Notes: generated from the letters alone by a model not told the origin. Shown: positions 50,884 to 61,483, counted from the stretch's first letter. The stretch: DNA of 64,000 nucleotides from Gemmatimonadales bacterium (GCA_965249575.1 OZ252244.1:864001-928000), one strand, 5' to 3'. Program-made: numbers and translations.

Positions 50884-51219
50884 CTAGCTCTCGACGACGA
50901 CGCGGGCCCTTCCGGCGTTGGTCCCAACGGAGCGTATCCCGTTCGAGCGGCCGGATGACGAGTTGTACATCTCACTCTTGCCAATGGCCTGCCCGTTGGG
51001 CGACGTGAGGACGAAGTAGTACTTGCCGTTCTTGGACGTACGGCGATCGTAGAGCGTCTTCCGCTTCGAGCAGGCCTTCACGGCCTTGATGCCCGTACGC
51101 GCGCTCGCCTTGGTCTTGTAGCCTTGACTCTGGAAGATGACCTGTCCGTTCTTCGCGGTCAGGTTGAAGTAGTGCCCGCCGGTCTTGCCGCGGAACAGCG
51201 CGAAGCGTGGATGCGCCAT
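50884..51219 (-). CDS. yegP: YegP-family (UPF0339, tandem DUF1508) protein
   Basis: Duplicated YFNLTAKNGQVIFQSQGY / YFVLTSPNGQAIGKSEMY. Confidence 0.88.
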   Translation of the reverse strand: MAHPRFALFRGKTGGHYFNLTAKNGQVIFQSQGYKTKASARTGIKAVKACSKRKTLYDRRTSKNGKYYFVLTSPNGQAIGKSEMYNSSSGRSNGIRSVGTNAGRARVVVES

Positions 51220-51426
51220 CGAGAAACTCCCAGTCGAAGATGGTCGTGCGCGGAAGCATTCAACTCGCCTACCCGCTCGCCGCTCATTCTAAGGCACGAC
51301 CGTGGCTATTGCAACAGAGAATGAAACGACCGGCACCGGCTTCGATGAAGATCGGGAGTTCGTGAGGGGCCATGCCGTCCGGACCCAAGCGGCCAAACCC
51401 AACGGCCGGTGATGAACCGAGCGTGT

Positions 51427-54400
51427 CTAGGGGAATGACTGTACGTCGAGCTGATAGGTCGTCGCCAGCTGGCTGCTGAAGAACTGGCGGTCGGGGTTGG
51501 AGACCGGGAACGGATCGAACACCCCGTTCTGTAAGGCAAATAGGCCGCTCGAAGAGCCGTAGGTAATGATATCGAAGGTCGCAAGCAGCGCCGGCACGAA
51601 CGCGGGATCTCGCACGACATTTAGGGTTCCGGCCAGCGTTACTGCGCCGGTGACCCGGAGCTGATCGTATTCCGTCCCTACCGCCAGGCCGTTGACGTCG
51701 ATATCGACGGTGCTGGTTCCCTGGAGCGCCAGGGTGCCCACGATATCCAATGTGTGCGGCGCGAACAGCGAACCGACCGCTATGGTCCCGGCGTTGTCCA
51801 CTGCCCCGACGATCCGGTTATTCGGGCCCGCCACTGTCTGAATCGTTCCTAACGCGTCGTTGGTTAGCGTCCCGTTCGTCACCGTCAACACCCCCTCCCA
51901 GCTGCCCGTCCCCGTCAGCTCGAGCGTCCCCGCGTTCGTGAACCCCTGGTCCACGATCAGGTTCGCATCCCCACTGTTCCCGTTCAACCGCAACGTCCCC
52001 GTCTGCGTCAACGCCCCGTTGATCGCACTCGCCGCCCCCGGCGCTATCAACACTGTCCCCGTCCCCTGATTGTCCAGATCCGCATTCACTGCGTCTCCCG
52101 ACAATGTGAGATTCACTTGGTTGATCAACGTACCGGGACCGTTCAGCGTCACCGTGCCGCCGAACTGCCACGTCGGCTCGCCGCTCGCCAGCGTGAACGG
52201 GCTCAGCAATGACAGCGTTGGGGTGCCCGTCAAGTTGATGGTCCCGGTCCCAACGAGTCCGGTCCCCGCCCCTACGACGATCGTCCCGTTGTTGATCTCC
52301 AGGGTCGCGTCCACGTCCAACGTCCCGGTCGTCGAGGTGAAGGTGCGGCTAGCGTTCAGCACCCGGAGCGGCGCCTGGACCGAGATCGTTCCCTGGTTGT
52401 TCAGGATGGCGGTAATCCGGTTGTCCACACCGGCCACGGTTTGGATCGTCCCGGATACGGCGTTGTCGAGCGTCCCGTTCGTCACCGTCAACGCCCCCTC
52501 CCAGCTGCCCGCCCCCGTCAGCTCCAACGTGCCCCTGTTGATGAATGGCTGATCGACAATGAGGTTCGCATCCCCATTGTTCCCGTTCAGCCGGAGCGTC
52601 CCCGCCTGCGTGAGCGGCACATCAATCGCGCTGTTCCCGGGGGACACCGCGACCAACCCATTGTTGGTCAGCAACCCCGTCCCGTTGACAGTCGTGCTCG
52701 TCAGGTTGAGCGCACCCGTCGTCTCGACGGTGCTCGTCCCATTCAGGGTCAGCGTGCGATTGCTCGCGGTCATGGTGGCCTCCGGTTCCCCCTCCCAGCG
52801 TCAACGATGCCACGGTCGCATCGACGTCGAGGGTGACCGTGTAGTTGCCGTCGACCGTGATACCAACATCGTCGGTGGTCTGCGGGACAGCAGCGGTGCT
52901 CCAGTTGGCCGGATCGCTCCAATTGCCGCTCACCGGATTGACCCACGTCACCACCGGGACGGCGACCGACCAGTTGACCGCGGCGTCGGTGGTCATGGTG
53001 AACGGGGTACCGTTTCCAGGCACGCTGTTCGTCAGATTGATCGTGAAGACCAGGCCGTCGGTGGGCGCGGTGTCGGTGGCGTCGACGTAGTACCCCGTTG
53101 TGGGAGTGCCGGTGAAGCTCACGCCGTCGAACGTGAAGGGACTCGCGGCGCCGGGATGGCTGATCGTGAACTGGGTCGCGGTGCCCGCATATCCCTGGAA
53201 CGTCACGTTGTCGAAGGCACCGATCGTTCCGCCCGCTGAGGTGAGCGGCACGTTGTCCAGCACCAGCCCGTCCACCGCGAGGCCGGAGACCGTGAGCACG
53301 TTCCCGGCACCGTCAATCGTGGGCGTCGCGGCGGAGCTGGAAATGAGGCTGGCCGGTCGCCGTGACCGGGCTCGCCAGTGCGATGTCCGCCTCGATTCCC
53401 AGATTCTGGTACGGCAAGACCGGCATGATCTGACCCGGCCCGGCGAACGTCGTCGTCGCGACGCTGAACGTGCCACCGATGGTGAGCGTCTGGCCGATTA
53501 CGAGCGCGTCGACCGTGAGGTCGCTGCTCGCGACCGTCGTGAGGTCGCCTCCGACCGTGACCGTCTGGCCGCCCAGGTTCCCGACCGGAACCGACTGGAG
53601 GACGTTCAGGTCGTTGTCCACGTAGACGTCGGTTTGCAGCTGGACCCCGCCCGCGTTGTCGATGTCGAGATCCGTGAACCCGGAGCCGGTCGGGCCTGGA
53701 GAATCAAAATCCAGGGACTATTGCACCCCGCCGCTCAGGATCACCCGCGTGCCCGTCGAGACAAAGGACTCGTCGCTGGTGGTGTTGTACTGGATGAAGT
53801 CGCCAGCCACCTCGATGATTCCCGCCGTCAGCGTCGCTGTGGGGCTCACGGTGCTCGCGCCGTCGAAAATGGCGTGGCCGCCAACGATGAGGAGATCGGC
53901 CGGGTCGGCCATCGTGAGCAGCGCGTCGGTTTCGACCGCGAAGTCGCCGGTGACGTGAGATCGCCGGCCACGTTCCCCCAGTCGGCGAACAGCACGCCCC
54001 CTGCGGTATTGGTGATGTCCAGCTGCTGGAAGAACGAACCGGTGAAGGGCGGGGTCGTGGCCACCGGCCCGGTAAAAGTGACCGTCTGCAGCGCAGCGCC
54101 GTTCAGCTCGACGGCCGTCCCCTGCGACTGGAGAGCCTCGTCGCTCGTCGTGTTGAGCTGCGTGAAATCGCCGGCCACCCGGATGACGCCGCCCGTGAGG
54201 GTCGAAGTCGGACTAGCCGTGCTGGCGCCGTCGAACGTGGCGTGGCCGCCGACGACCAGGACGTTGCTGGGGTCGGTCATCCAGAGCAGCGCGTCGCTGT
54301 CGACTGCGAAATCGGCACCGACGGTCAGGTCGTCCGCGCCCAGGTCCAACTGTGCAGTGGCACCTGACACCGTCGCGTTTGCCGTTACGAAGGTCTGGGC

Positions 54401-56066
54401 CGCCAGCGTTACGTCGCCGTTCACAACGAGGTTCGGTACCGTGCCCTGGAGGGTGACGCCGCTCCCGGTGAGTACCACCGTGCCCGAGCCGACAATGGTC
54501 GCACCCGCGTCCACGTCACCCGTGGCCGTCAAGTCGAACGCGCCGATATCGAGCGTCGCACCTGATTCCACCACGAGGTCGTTTATCGACGCGTTGGCAG
54601 TCAGCACCGGCTGATCCGCGGCGGACGCCGGAAGGAGCACGTTGTCCACCGCGATCGGCACGAGGCCCGTGTCCCAGTTGTTCGGGTTGAACCAGTCGGT
54701 CGCGCCGCCCGCGTCGCCCCCCACCCACTGGTGGCTCGTGGGCGCAACGGTGACGTCGAACGTGGCGCTCGTCGCGGCGGTGACGCCCGGCGCGGTCGCC
54801 GTCAGCGTATACCCGGCGCCCGGCGCATCGACTGTCAAGTCGGCGAAGGAGGCGACGCCGGCGCTTGCGGGCGCCAGTAACGTTCCGCCCAGCATGGCGC
54901 CGCCCGGGTTCGAGCCGAGCCCGACGGTGACGTCACTGGTGAAGCTCGGGTCGGTGTTCCCGAACTGGTCGACCGCGCGGACCGTGACCGGCGGCGCGAT
55001 GGCGGCCCCAACAAACGCGTCGCTCGGCTGAATGCCAAAATCGAGACCCGTGGCCGCGAGCGCCGTCGCGGTAGCGTTGAAGACGAACTGAACCTGTGCG
55101 GCACCCGAGACGCTGGCAGCGGCCGTCTGCCCCCCGGCCACCGTGCCCAACACCCACTGCGTCTGGCCGCGCCCGGTCGCGTCGGTAACCACCGAGCTGG
55201 AGGTGAACGACCCCCCGTCAGGAGTCGTGAAATCGACCGACACGTCCTCGACACCCAACCCGTCGCTGCCGGTCACCTGAATCTGAAGCGGCATCGTGAG
55301 TGTGCCGCCCACGGGACCGGTCTGCTGATCGCCGCCTTCGCCGATGACGGCGCTGGGCGGTGGCTGGATCATGACCGAGCCGGTGTCGGCGGGCCCGGTC
55401 AACAGGGTCGCCACAATCTGGGCGCTCCCCCGTTGCATGCCCGCAACAACCGTCCCCTGGCCCGGGTCGGGCACTGTCGCGAGCTGCGGATTGAGGCTGC
55501 TCCACAGAATCGGGGTGCCGGGGATGGGATTCCCCTGGCCGTCCTTGGCGACCGCGTCGACGGTCACCGCTTGGCCGAAGAAGCCGCGGGCGCCCATCGT
55601 GACGATCTCGACCGACGCGGCGTCGAAGCCGACGCCCACGTAGCTGATCGGCATGCTGTCGATCGTCGCCGATCGGCCGGTGAAGGGCTCCACCGCGACC
55701 GGCCCGCCCCTGAAGACGGTGTCGCCGCTCGGCGCGATGAGGGCGATCGTCAGTCGGTAGAGGACGTCCGGACTAGTGAGTGGAACGATGATCGTGATCT
55801 GGACGGAGTCGGATCCCGGAGCGATCTGCACCACGGTATCGGTGACCGCCGTAGGATTGTCCTCGGGCCATGCTGCGACCTAGGCCCGATCGACGTCGAC
55901 GACGCCCCGCGCCGCGCTCTCGAACACCGGGACCACGGAGAAGCGGGCGGTCCTGACGGCACCCGGGCCGGAGAGGTCATCCCGGCAGCTCACCAAGAGC
56001 AGCGCCGCCGCGAGGGAGATGCGACAGCCCCCAGCCCAGCCGGCCTCGGGGCGTCCTGAAGATCAT
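51427..56066 (-). pseudogene. Large surface lipoprotein with Ig-like domains and beta-helix passenger-like repeats; at least four frameshifts and two in-frame TAG
   Basis: Lipobox LLLVSC near 55990; Ig motifs (GGDQQTG, TDATGRG.TQWVLG, VRAVDQFGN); DWFNPNNW and NWSDPANW; lesions near 56030, 55880-55882, 53960, 53718-53720, 53350 and 52775. Confidence 0.78.
51860..52610 (-). repeat. Internal duplication in the surface protein
   Basis: LRLNGNNGDANLIVDQPFINRGTLELTGAGSWEG vs LRLNGNSGDANLIVDQGFTNAGTLELTGTGSWEG; a second repeat pair lies at about 53720-53960 and 54110-54330. Confidence 0.8.
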
Positions 56067-56111
56067 GCTGGTAACTCGCTTTCCCGCAAGCAGATCCCCC
56101 AAAGGAGGTCG

Positions 56112-56126
56112 GCAAAGGTGACGCCA
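56112..56126 (-). promoter_or_regulatory. Candidate sigma-54 (-24/-12) promoter
   Basis: TGGC-GTCACCT-TTGC, the exact GG-N10-GC spacing, 45 nt upstream of the surface-protein ATG. Confidence 0.45.
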
Positions 56127-56153
56127 TAACACCCCATGGCGCAAGAAGTGTGC

Positions 56154-56212
56154 GGGGGTCGGGGTTAGGGAGTGGGGGTTAGGGAGTGGGGCTAGGGATG
56201 AGCGGGTTAGCG
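56154..56212 (+). repeat. G-rich heptamer tandem repeat
   Basis: GGGGGTC GGGGTTA GGGAGTG GGGGTTA GGGAGTG GGGCTA GGGATGA... Confidence 0.8.
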
Positions 56213-56297
56213 ACAGTGATTGGCGGCGTGCTGGGCCTACCGTTCTAGTGGCTGACCATCCTAATTTCTCATGCAAGGACCTGTACGTGGAGCGCTC

Positions 56298-56522
56298 ATG
56301 ACCCTTCGGGCTGAGGAATACACCCAGCGGCGCGAGAAGGTAGGAGACTTCGAGATCAACATCGTCTCGTACCGGCTCGGGGATCGATACTACTGCAAGG
56401 TCGACAACGTGAGCCCCGGCGCCGTGGTAGCCCGCAGGGAGGGGTCGACCCGCGCTGAAGCGGAACAGGCCGCCGTCGCGATTGCACGGGAACGCGTTGG
56501 TCAGACGCGGGTTAGGGAGTAG
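56298..56522 (+). CDS. Small hypothetical protein (74 aa)
   Basis: GGAG RBS; beta-beta-beta-alpha pattern (INIVSYRLGDRYYCKVDN...EGSTRAEAEQAA). Confidence 0.75.
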   Translation: MTLRAEEYTQRREKVGDFEINIVSYRLGDRYYCKVDNVSPGAVVARREGSTRAEAEQAAVAIARERVGQTRVRE

Positions 56523-56570
56523 GGATCGGGGATAGGAAGCAAGGTGTAGGGATTGGGGTTGGGGACTACG
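56508..56570 (+). repeat. Second G-rich degenerate heptamer repeat
   Basis: CGGGTTA GGGAGTA GGGATCG GGGATAG GAAGCAA GGTGTAG GGATTGG GGTTGGG. Confidence 0.7.
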
Positions 56571-56590
56571 GATCAAGCAGGTGACAAGCC

Positions 56591-57181
56591 ATGCGAACAC
56601 ACATCGCGACCGTCGGACGGAGCGGGTTTCTCGCTGCGCTGCTGTTTGGGGTTGGTGTCGCGCCGGGCAGCGCGCAGATCACAGACTATCGGGGCCGGTG
56701 GGTGCCGAAGGAACTGGTGGGCACCGACGGCCGCGAGATCACGGACAGCACCCAGCAGATTCGTACTCCCCTGCGCCCGCCAACGAACGGACAGCTGAAC
56801 GACCGGGAGCAGCGCCAGTACGGCATCTTGGTGGGCATGGGTCAACCATCGCGAAGCATTGAGTTCAATCCAACTGACTCGACATTCACGGTCCATTACA
56901 ACGACGAGTTCTCGTTCACGTTGGTGCCGGGCAGCGAGCCACTCCAGACCACGTTCGGCGACGACGTTCCGATGCTAGTTCAGGCGCGCTGGAACGGCGA
57001 GAAGCTTCGGATCCAGTTCGAGCCGCAGGGCGGCGGCAGCTACTATGAGGAGTACTCGCTGGCCGACAGCCGCCTCTTCATGCGTGTGGACGCGAAGATC
57101 AACTGGGGGAAGATCCGGGGTGGAGAGTGGAGCGAGATGTACCGTAGGGTGGCCGATTCGACCTCGACCGGCAGTAGCTGA
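56591..57181 (+). CDS. Secreted hypothetical beta-rich protein
   Basis: Signal peptide ending GSA|Q; DYRGRW, ARWNGEKL, EEYSL, MYRR pattern of a small barrel. Confidence 0.65.
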   Translation: MRTHIATVGRSGFLAALLFGVGVAPGSAQITDYRGRWVPKELVGTDGREITDSTQQIRTPLRPPTNGQLNDREQRQYGILVGMGQPSRSIEFNPTDSTFTVHYNDEFSFTLVPGSEPLQTTFGDDVPMLVQARWNGEKLRIQFEPQGGGSYYEEYSLADSRLFMRVDAKINWGKIRGGEWSEMYRRVADSTSTGSS

Positions 57182-59101
57182 TCACCGCACACCATCGTTC
57201 GCAGCGCCCGTCGTTCTAGGTCGGGACTCGTCGATCAATCGCAGGAACCGAGGATGAGACCGGACGGGGTCGAAATCCGGGGACTGCAGGCGGAACCATA
57301 GTCTGATGCCACGAAGGCGATCCCCCTCGATCGCCTGCAGAGCACCCTCCACGTCACCGAGCGCCACTCGCGCCCCGGCAATCCAGAACCGATCCTCGAC
57401 TCCCAATCCCTCGTTCGCCGAAGTTCGTCCAAGTGCCCGTTCGATGTGATTCCTTGCGAGCACGCTGTCCCCCGCACGAGCCGCCACGAGCGAGGATATG
57501 GGGTGCCCGGAAGTTCCCTGCGTGAACGTCAACACCGAGTCGACGGTGGCGCGCGCCTCCCGATGCTGTCCGAAGTGCGAGTGCATCTGCGCCCGGTGCT
57601 CATAGACGTGATAGAACGTCGGGTCCAGGGCGAGGGCACTGTCGGCCAGGCGAATGGCTTCTGGATAGCGGCGGCTGAAAAGACTGATGTCTCCCAGCTC
57701 GAGGAGCGTCACGGGGCGATGGGAATCGATCTCGAGCGCCGCGCGAAGATTGGCGACGGCGTTGGTGTAATCCCCGAGCTGGTCCATTTATGAGCCGTAC
57801 TGGTGATACGTTTCCGCGTTGCGTGGGTCGAGCTCGATTGCGCGCTGGAATGCGTCCGCGACGCCGTCGAAGGTCCGCGGGTTGCGGTGGGTGAGCAGGT
57901 AGGCCTGAGCCATCCATGCGTCGGGCGTCCCGGGGTCAACCGCCAGGGCCCTGTCGACCGCGGCGAAGCCACGCGCCAATAGACTGTCGGGGAGTAGAGC
58001 GCCAAACGACCACCCGAACTCGAGGATCACGGCGTACACGTACCCGATCCGCGCGAGCGCGTGTGTGAACGAGGAGTCCAACCCCACAGCGATCTCGTAC
58101 TCACGAATCGCCTGGCCCAAGGCGAGCGCGCGGCGCACCACGGGTTCGAGCTTCTGTGGAATGGCCTGATGCCCCTCGCGGAGCGCCGTCGGTTCCTCAT
58201 TCAGAATCGCGTGTACCACCGCCGCATCCCGATCTCCGCCGAACGCCCGGGTCCCGGTCAGTAGCTCGTAGAGCAGGCAGCCGAGCGACCAGACATCGGT
58301 CCGGTGGTCCACGGCTTCGCTGCGTGCCTGTTCGGGACTCATGTAACTCGCCGTCCCAATGCGAGCCCCCTCCGCCGTGAGGTCGGTGGCGCCCTTGAGC
58401 TTCGCTATCCCGAAGTCCAGGATCTTGACCTCACCCTGATCCGTCAGGATCACGTTCCCCGGTTTGAGGTCCCGGTGCACGATTCCGGCGTCGTGCGCGC
58501 GGGCCATCCCCTCGGCAACCTGAGCGGCAATGTCGATTCCCTGATCCACCGGGACGGGACCGCGCGCGATGCGGTCCTTGAGAGTCTCCCCGCCATAGTA
58601 CGCCATCGCGATGAAGAGCTGGCCGTCCTCAGCCTCGTCGATCTCGAACACCGTGCAGATGTTCGAGTGGTCGAGGGCCGAGGCGGCCTTGGCTTCCTGG
58701 ATGAACCTGGCCCTGGCCTCGGCGTCGGCGACCAGGTGCGGCCTCAGGAACTTGAGCGTTACGGTGCGATCGAGACGGATGTCTCGAGCCTTGAACACCA
58801 CACCCATGCCTCCGCGACCCAGCTGCTCGAGAATCTCGTAGTGCGACACCGTCCGCCCGACCGGATCGGACGCCGCGTCCAATTCCGCCGAAAGCATCCG
58901 GCCAATCCACGGCGAGGGATCGTCCAGGAAGTCGCTGGCTCGAGCGTCCGCCTCGAGCAGCTTCTCGATCTCTCGCTTGAGCCCGGGGTCTTCCGCGCAT
59001 TCCCGATCGAGAAACGCCCCACGGTCCGGCGGCGGGCGGTCGAGCACCGCCTCGAACAGCCGGTCGACCCGCCTCCAGCGCTCAACGGCGTCGGTGTCCA
59101 T
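57182..59101 (-). pseudogene. Hanks-type Ser/Thr kinase with TPR repeats; internal deletion near 58122 and in-frame TAA at 57788-57790
   Basis: LGRGGMGVV, HRDLKPGN, ILDFGIA, YMSPEQ, DVWSLG; jumps RRALA|LGQAIREY; YHQYGS*MDQLG in one frame. Confidence 0.85.
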
Positions 59102-59190
59102 ATCTCTCCCGCCTCATGGTGTGTCAAATCGTCCGGCTTCTCGGACTCCATGTCAAGTCTAGAGCCGGGTAGCGAGGCGCCTATCACCGA

Positions 59191-59221
59191 TGGCGGGGTC
59201 CAGTCGGTTCTTGCGCATTCC
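59191..59221 (+). promoter_or_regulatory. Duplicated upstream motif, copy 1 (candidate ECF promoter)
   Basis: TGGC-ggggtccagt-CGGTTCTTGCGCATTCC; same spacing as copy 2. Confidence 0.55.
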
Positions 59222-59279
59222 ACAATAGAGCCGAGGAACGTTCCGGCCGCGACGAGACCCAGAACAGCGGAGGTTCACT

Positions 59280-59483
59280 ATGACACGCCCGACCATGCTC
59301 GTCCTGTCCGCCAGTCTGCTGCTGGTGCTTCCAGCATGCCAGGGAAGCGGCCCGACAGAGCCGGCGCTAGGCAGCGCGCCCGATTTCCTGATCGGGAATT
59401 CACCGTTGTCACACGCCCGAGAGCTAAAACTCGATCCAAACACGGCTGTGGCCGACCCAGAACTTGAAGGCGTCCGGCAATAA
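59280..59483 (+). CDS. Small lipoprotein A (67 aa)
   Basis: GGAGG RBS; lipobox LPAC; CQGSGPTEPA...PDFLIGNSPLS shared with paralog B. Confidence 0.75.
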   Translation: MTRPTMLVLSASLLLVLPACQGSGPTEPALGSAPDFLIGNSPLSHARELKLDPNTAVADPELEGVRQ

Positions 59484-59496
59484 CCCCGCTTTCGAG

Positions 59497-59527
59497 TGGC
59501 AGAACCTGACCGGCTCGTCCGCACTCC
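59497..59527 (+). promoter_or_regulatory. Duplicated upstream motif, copy 2 (candidate ECF promoter)
   Basis: TGGC-agaacctgac-CGGCTCGTCCGCACTCC. Confidence 0.55.
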
Positions 59528-59582
59528 CGTAAAGACGCCGCGGAGCGCCACACCGCGGCCAAACGCAGAACCGGAGGTCACA

Positions 59583-59813
59583 ATGAAACCCCTGACTACG
59601 CTCGCGATGACCGTCTGTCTGTCTTTGGTGCTTCAAGGGTGCCAGGGAAGCAGCCCAACCGAGCCCGCGCGCCGCACCACACCCGACTTTCTCATCGGTA
59701 GCTCACCGCTCTCGAGCGCCCGCGGGGCCGAGGTCGATCTCAAGACGGATGTGCGCGAGTCCGCGCTGGACGATGTGCTCCAACTGGAAGCAACCCGCGG
59801 GGCCGCTAGATAA
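59583..59813 (+). CDS. Small lipoprotein B, paralog of A
   Basis: GGAGG RBS; lipobox LQGC; CQGSSPTEPA...PDFLIGSSPLS. Confidence 0.75.
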   Translation: MKPLTTLAMTVCLSLVLQGCQGSSPTEPARRTTPDFLIGSSPLSSARGAEVDLKTDVRESALDDVLQLEATRGAAR

Positions 59814-59856
59814 CGGACGAGCCACCGGGTGCCAATGACACTCACGGGGGGAACCC

Positions 59857-60194
59857 ATGTCGGTCAAGCTGCTGCAATTGAACTTCACGTTCACCGCGAC
59901 GCCCATCGAATACCAGGAGGCGGTCGCTCCGTTGGCAAACGAGTTCGCCCGGATCGACGGGCTCAGATGGAAGATCTGGCTGATGAACGAAGAGACCCGG
60001 AAGGCCGGAGGGCTCTACCTGTTCGAGGACGGGGAATCCCTGGAGGCGTTTCTCACCGGGCCGCTCGCAGCCGCCGTCAAGCGGCATCCGGCCGTTCGTG
60101 ACCTCGATGCCAAGACCTTCGACGTAATGCAGGATCTCACAGCCGCACCAGAGGACCGATCGAGCAGCCTCGAGCGCCGCTCGCGTCGCGTTAA
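59857..60194 (+). CDS. YdhR-family putative mono-oxygenase; frameshift near 60145
   Basis: LLQLNF, GLRWKIW, AGGLYLFED, FDV; the family-type end TRGPI lies in the shifted frame, stopping at TAA 60192-60194. Confidence 0.8.
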
Positions 60195-60762
60195 ACGGGA
60201 TCGGGGCGGAGGAAGCGGTAGAGATACGCCTTCGCCCTGCCCCAGTCGCGCTCCACGGTCCGCAGGGAGCTTCCAAGGACATCGGCGGTTTCCTTGAACG
60301 ACAGCCGGCCAAAGAAGTGGCATTCGACGACCTGTCCTAACCGCGGGTTGAATGCCGCGAGCCGCTCCAGTGCCTCGTCGAGGGCCACGAGATCCTCTTC
60401 CTCGGGTGCGGGCACGACGGCTGCACTGTCCAACGTCACGACATCCCGACCGGCAACGCGTTTTTGGGCGTTTCGGCGTCGCGCCCGATCGACCAGGATC
60501 TGTCGCATTGCTCGGCACGCCACGGCGTAGAAGTGTTGGCGGCCTTGAAACGAAACGCCCGAGGCCTCTGAGAACTTGAAGTACGCCTCGTGGACCAGGC
60601 CCGTCGTCGAGAGGGTCTGGCCGGGCAGTTCCTTGCGAAGCTCGCGGCGGGCGATGCGCCGTAGCTCGTCGTAACGAGTGACCAGAGGCGTTCGGCCGCC
60701 TCGACGTCGCCGGCCGCCGCGCGGTTCAACACCTGCGTGATCCCTGACGTACGCTGGGGCAT
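60191..60762 (-). CDS. ECF sigma factor (TIGR02999-like, kinase-associated); frameshift near 60674
   Basis: ITQVL, [Y]DELRRIA, TLSTTGLVHEAY, AMRQILVDRAR, LDEALERL, TVERDW. Confidence 0.88.
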
Positions 60763-60781
60763 GGTTAGTCCTGACCGACTT

Positions 60782-61396
60782 TCACGAGGTCGAGGGCAGC
60801 TTGGTCGCCGACTCTCTTCGGTAGGACTCCAGCAGCGTAGCCAAGTCGTCGCGCACCCACCACTCGGCCGTCCCCTTGCGGTGAATGGCCCACGCGATCA
60901 GCGAACCGCTTGCCAGCGCCCCGACGGCCCGGGCCAGGCGCTCGGTGTCACACCGAATGACTTCGCCGGCGGCGACTGCCTCGTCGAGGAGGACGCGGTA
61001 GCCGTCGAGGATCCTGCTCGAGCTCTCGAGCGCCAGCCGGTGGAAGTCGGGATCGCTCAAGTCGATTTGCAGAAACGCCAGGCCGTTTGCAAGCTCTTCG
61101 GGCGTCTGCATGTGGCGGGTCATCTCGGTCGCGGCCGCGAGGAGCGCTTCGAGTGGAGAGGCATGCGCCGAACGGACCGAGGCGAAACACGTTTCCACCG
61201 CGGCGACCCCCTGCTCCACCATGGCCAACAGGAGCCCCCGCTTGGTACCGAAACGCTGGACGAGCGTGGCGGGAGACAGCTTCACCTCCTCACCCACCTC
61301 GACCAAGGTAAATCGGCTCGGCCCGACCCGTGAAATGACGCGATGAGCGGCACTCAGGATCTCGCCATCGTCGACCGTGCGTGGACGAGGAGTCAT
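60782..61396 (-). CDS. TetR-family transcriptional regulator
   Basis: PRPRTVDD.EIL, FTL.EVGEEVKLSPATLVQRFGTKRGL. Confidence 0.9.
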   Translation of the reverse strand: MTPRPRTVDDGEILSAAHRVISRVGPSRFTLVEVGEEVKLSPATLVQRFGTKRGLLLAMVEQGVAAVETCFASVRSAHASPLEALLAAATEMTRHMQTPEELANGLAFLQIDLSDPDFHRLALESSSRILDGYRVLLDEAVAAGEVIRCDTERLARAVGALASGSLIAWAIHRKGTAEWWVRDDLATLLESYRRESATKLPSTS

Positions 61397-61432
61397 CGCT
61401 TGACAGTAAAGGAACGACCATCCACCCCTAAA

Positions 61433-61454
61433 AATAAATGATGCATCGTTTATT
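61433..61454. promoter_or_regulatory. 22-bp palindrome, candidate TetR operator
   Basis: AATAAATGATGCATCGTTTATT (10 of 11 pairs) between divergent tetR and the SDR remnant. Confidence 0.65.
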
Positions 61455-61483
61455 GTCTACTGGAGCGACCTCTGGGAGGACAG

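Noticed and set aside
51860..54330. DGR template/variable repeats or a CRISPR-like array
   Set aside because: The repeats are in-frame protein duplications with differences not limited to adenines, and no reverse transcriptase, cas gene or spacer structure is present.
40582..55882. TAG reassignment or pyrrolysine, suggested by three in-frame TAG codons
   Set aside because: The expected residues differ between sites, two sites are in a gene that also has frameshifts, and TAG ends intact genes at family-typical positions (e.g. 18691, 32133, 45711).
56070..56150. c-di-GMP-I riboswitch (GGCAAA...GGCGCAAG and AGCGAGTTACC look-alikes)
   Set aside because: The two halves are on opposite strands, and the P2 spacing and GNRA loop do not fit.
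56161..56188. Telomeric TTAGGG repeats or eukaryotic contamination
   Set aside because: The period is 7/14 nt, not 6, and the tract sits among ordinary bacterial genes.
60195..60297. C-terminal extension of the YdhR-like ORF overlapping the ECF gene
   Set aside because: A single missing base near 60145 explains it; the corrected frame ends TRGPI...* at 60194.
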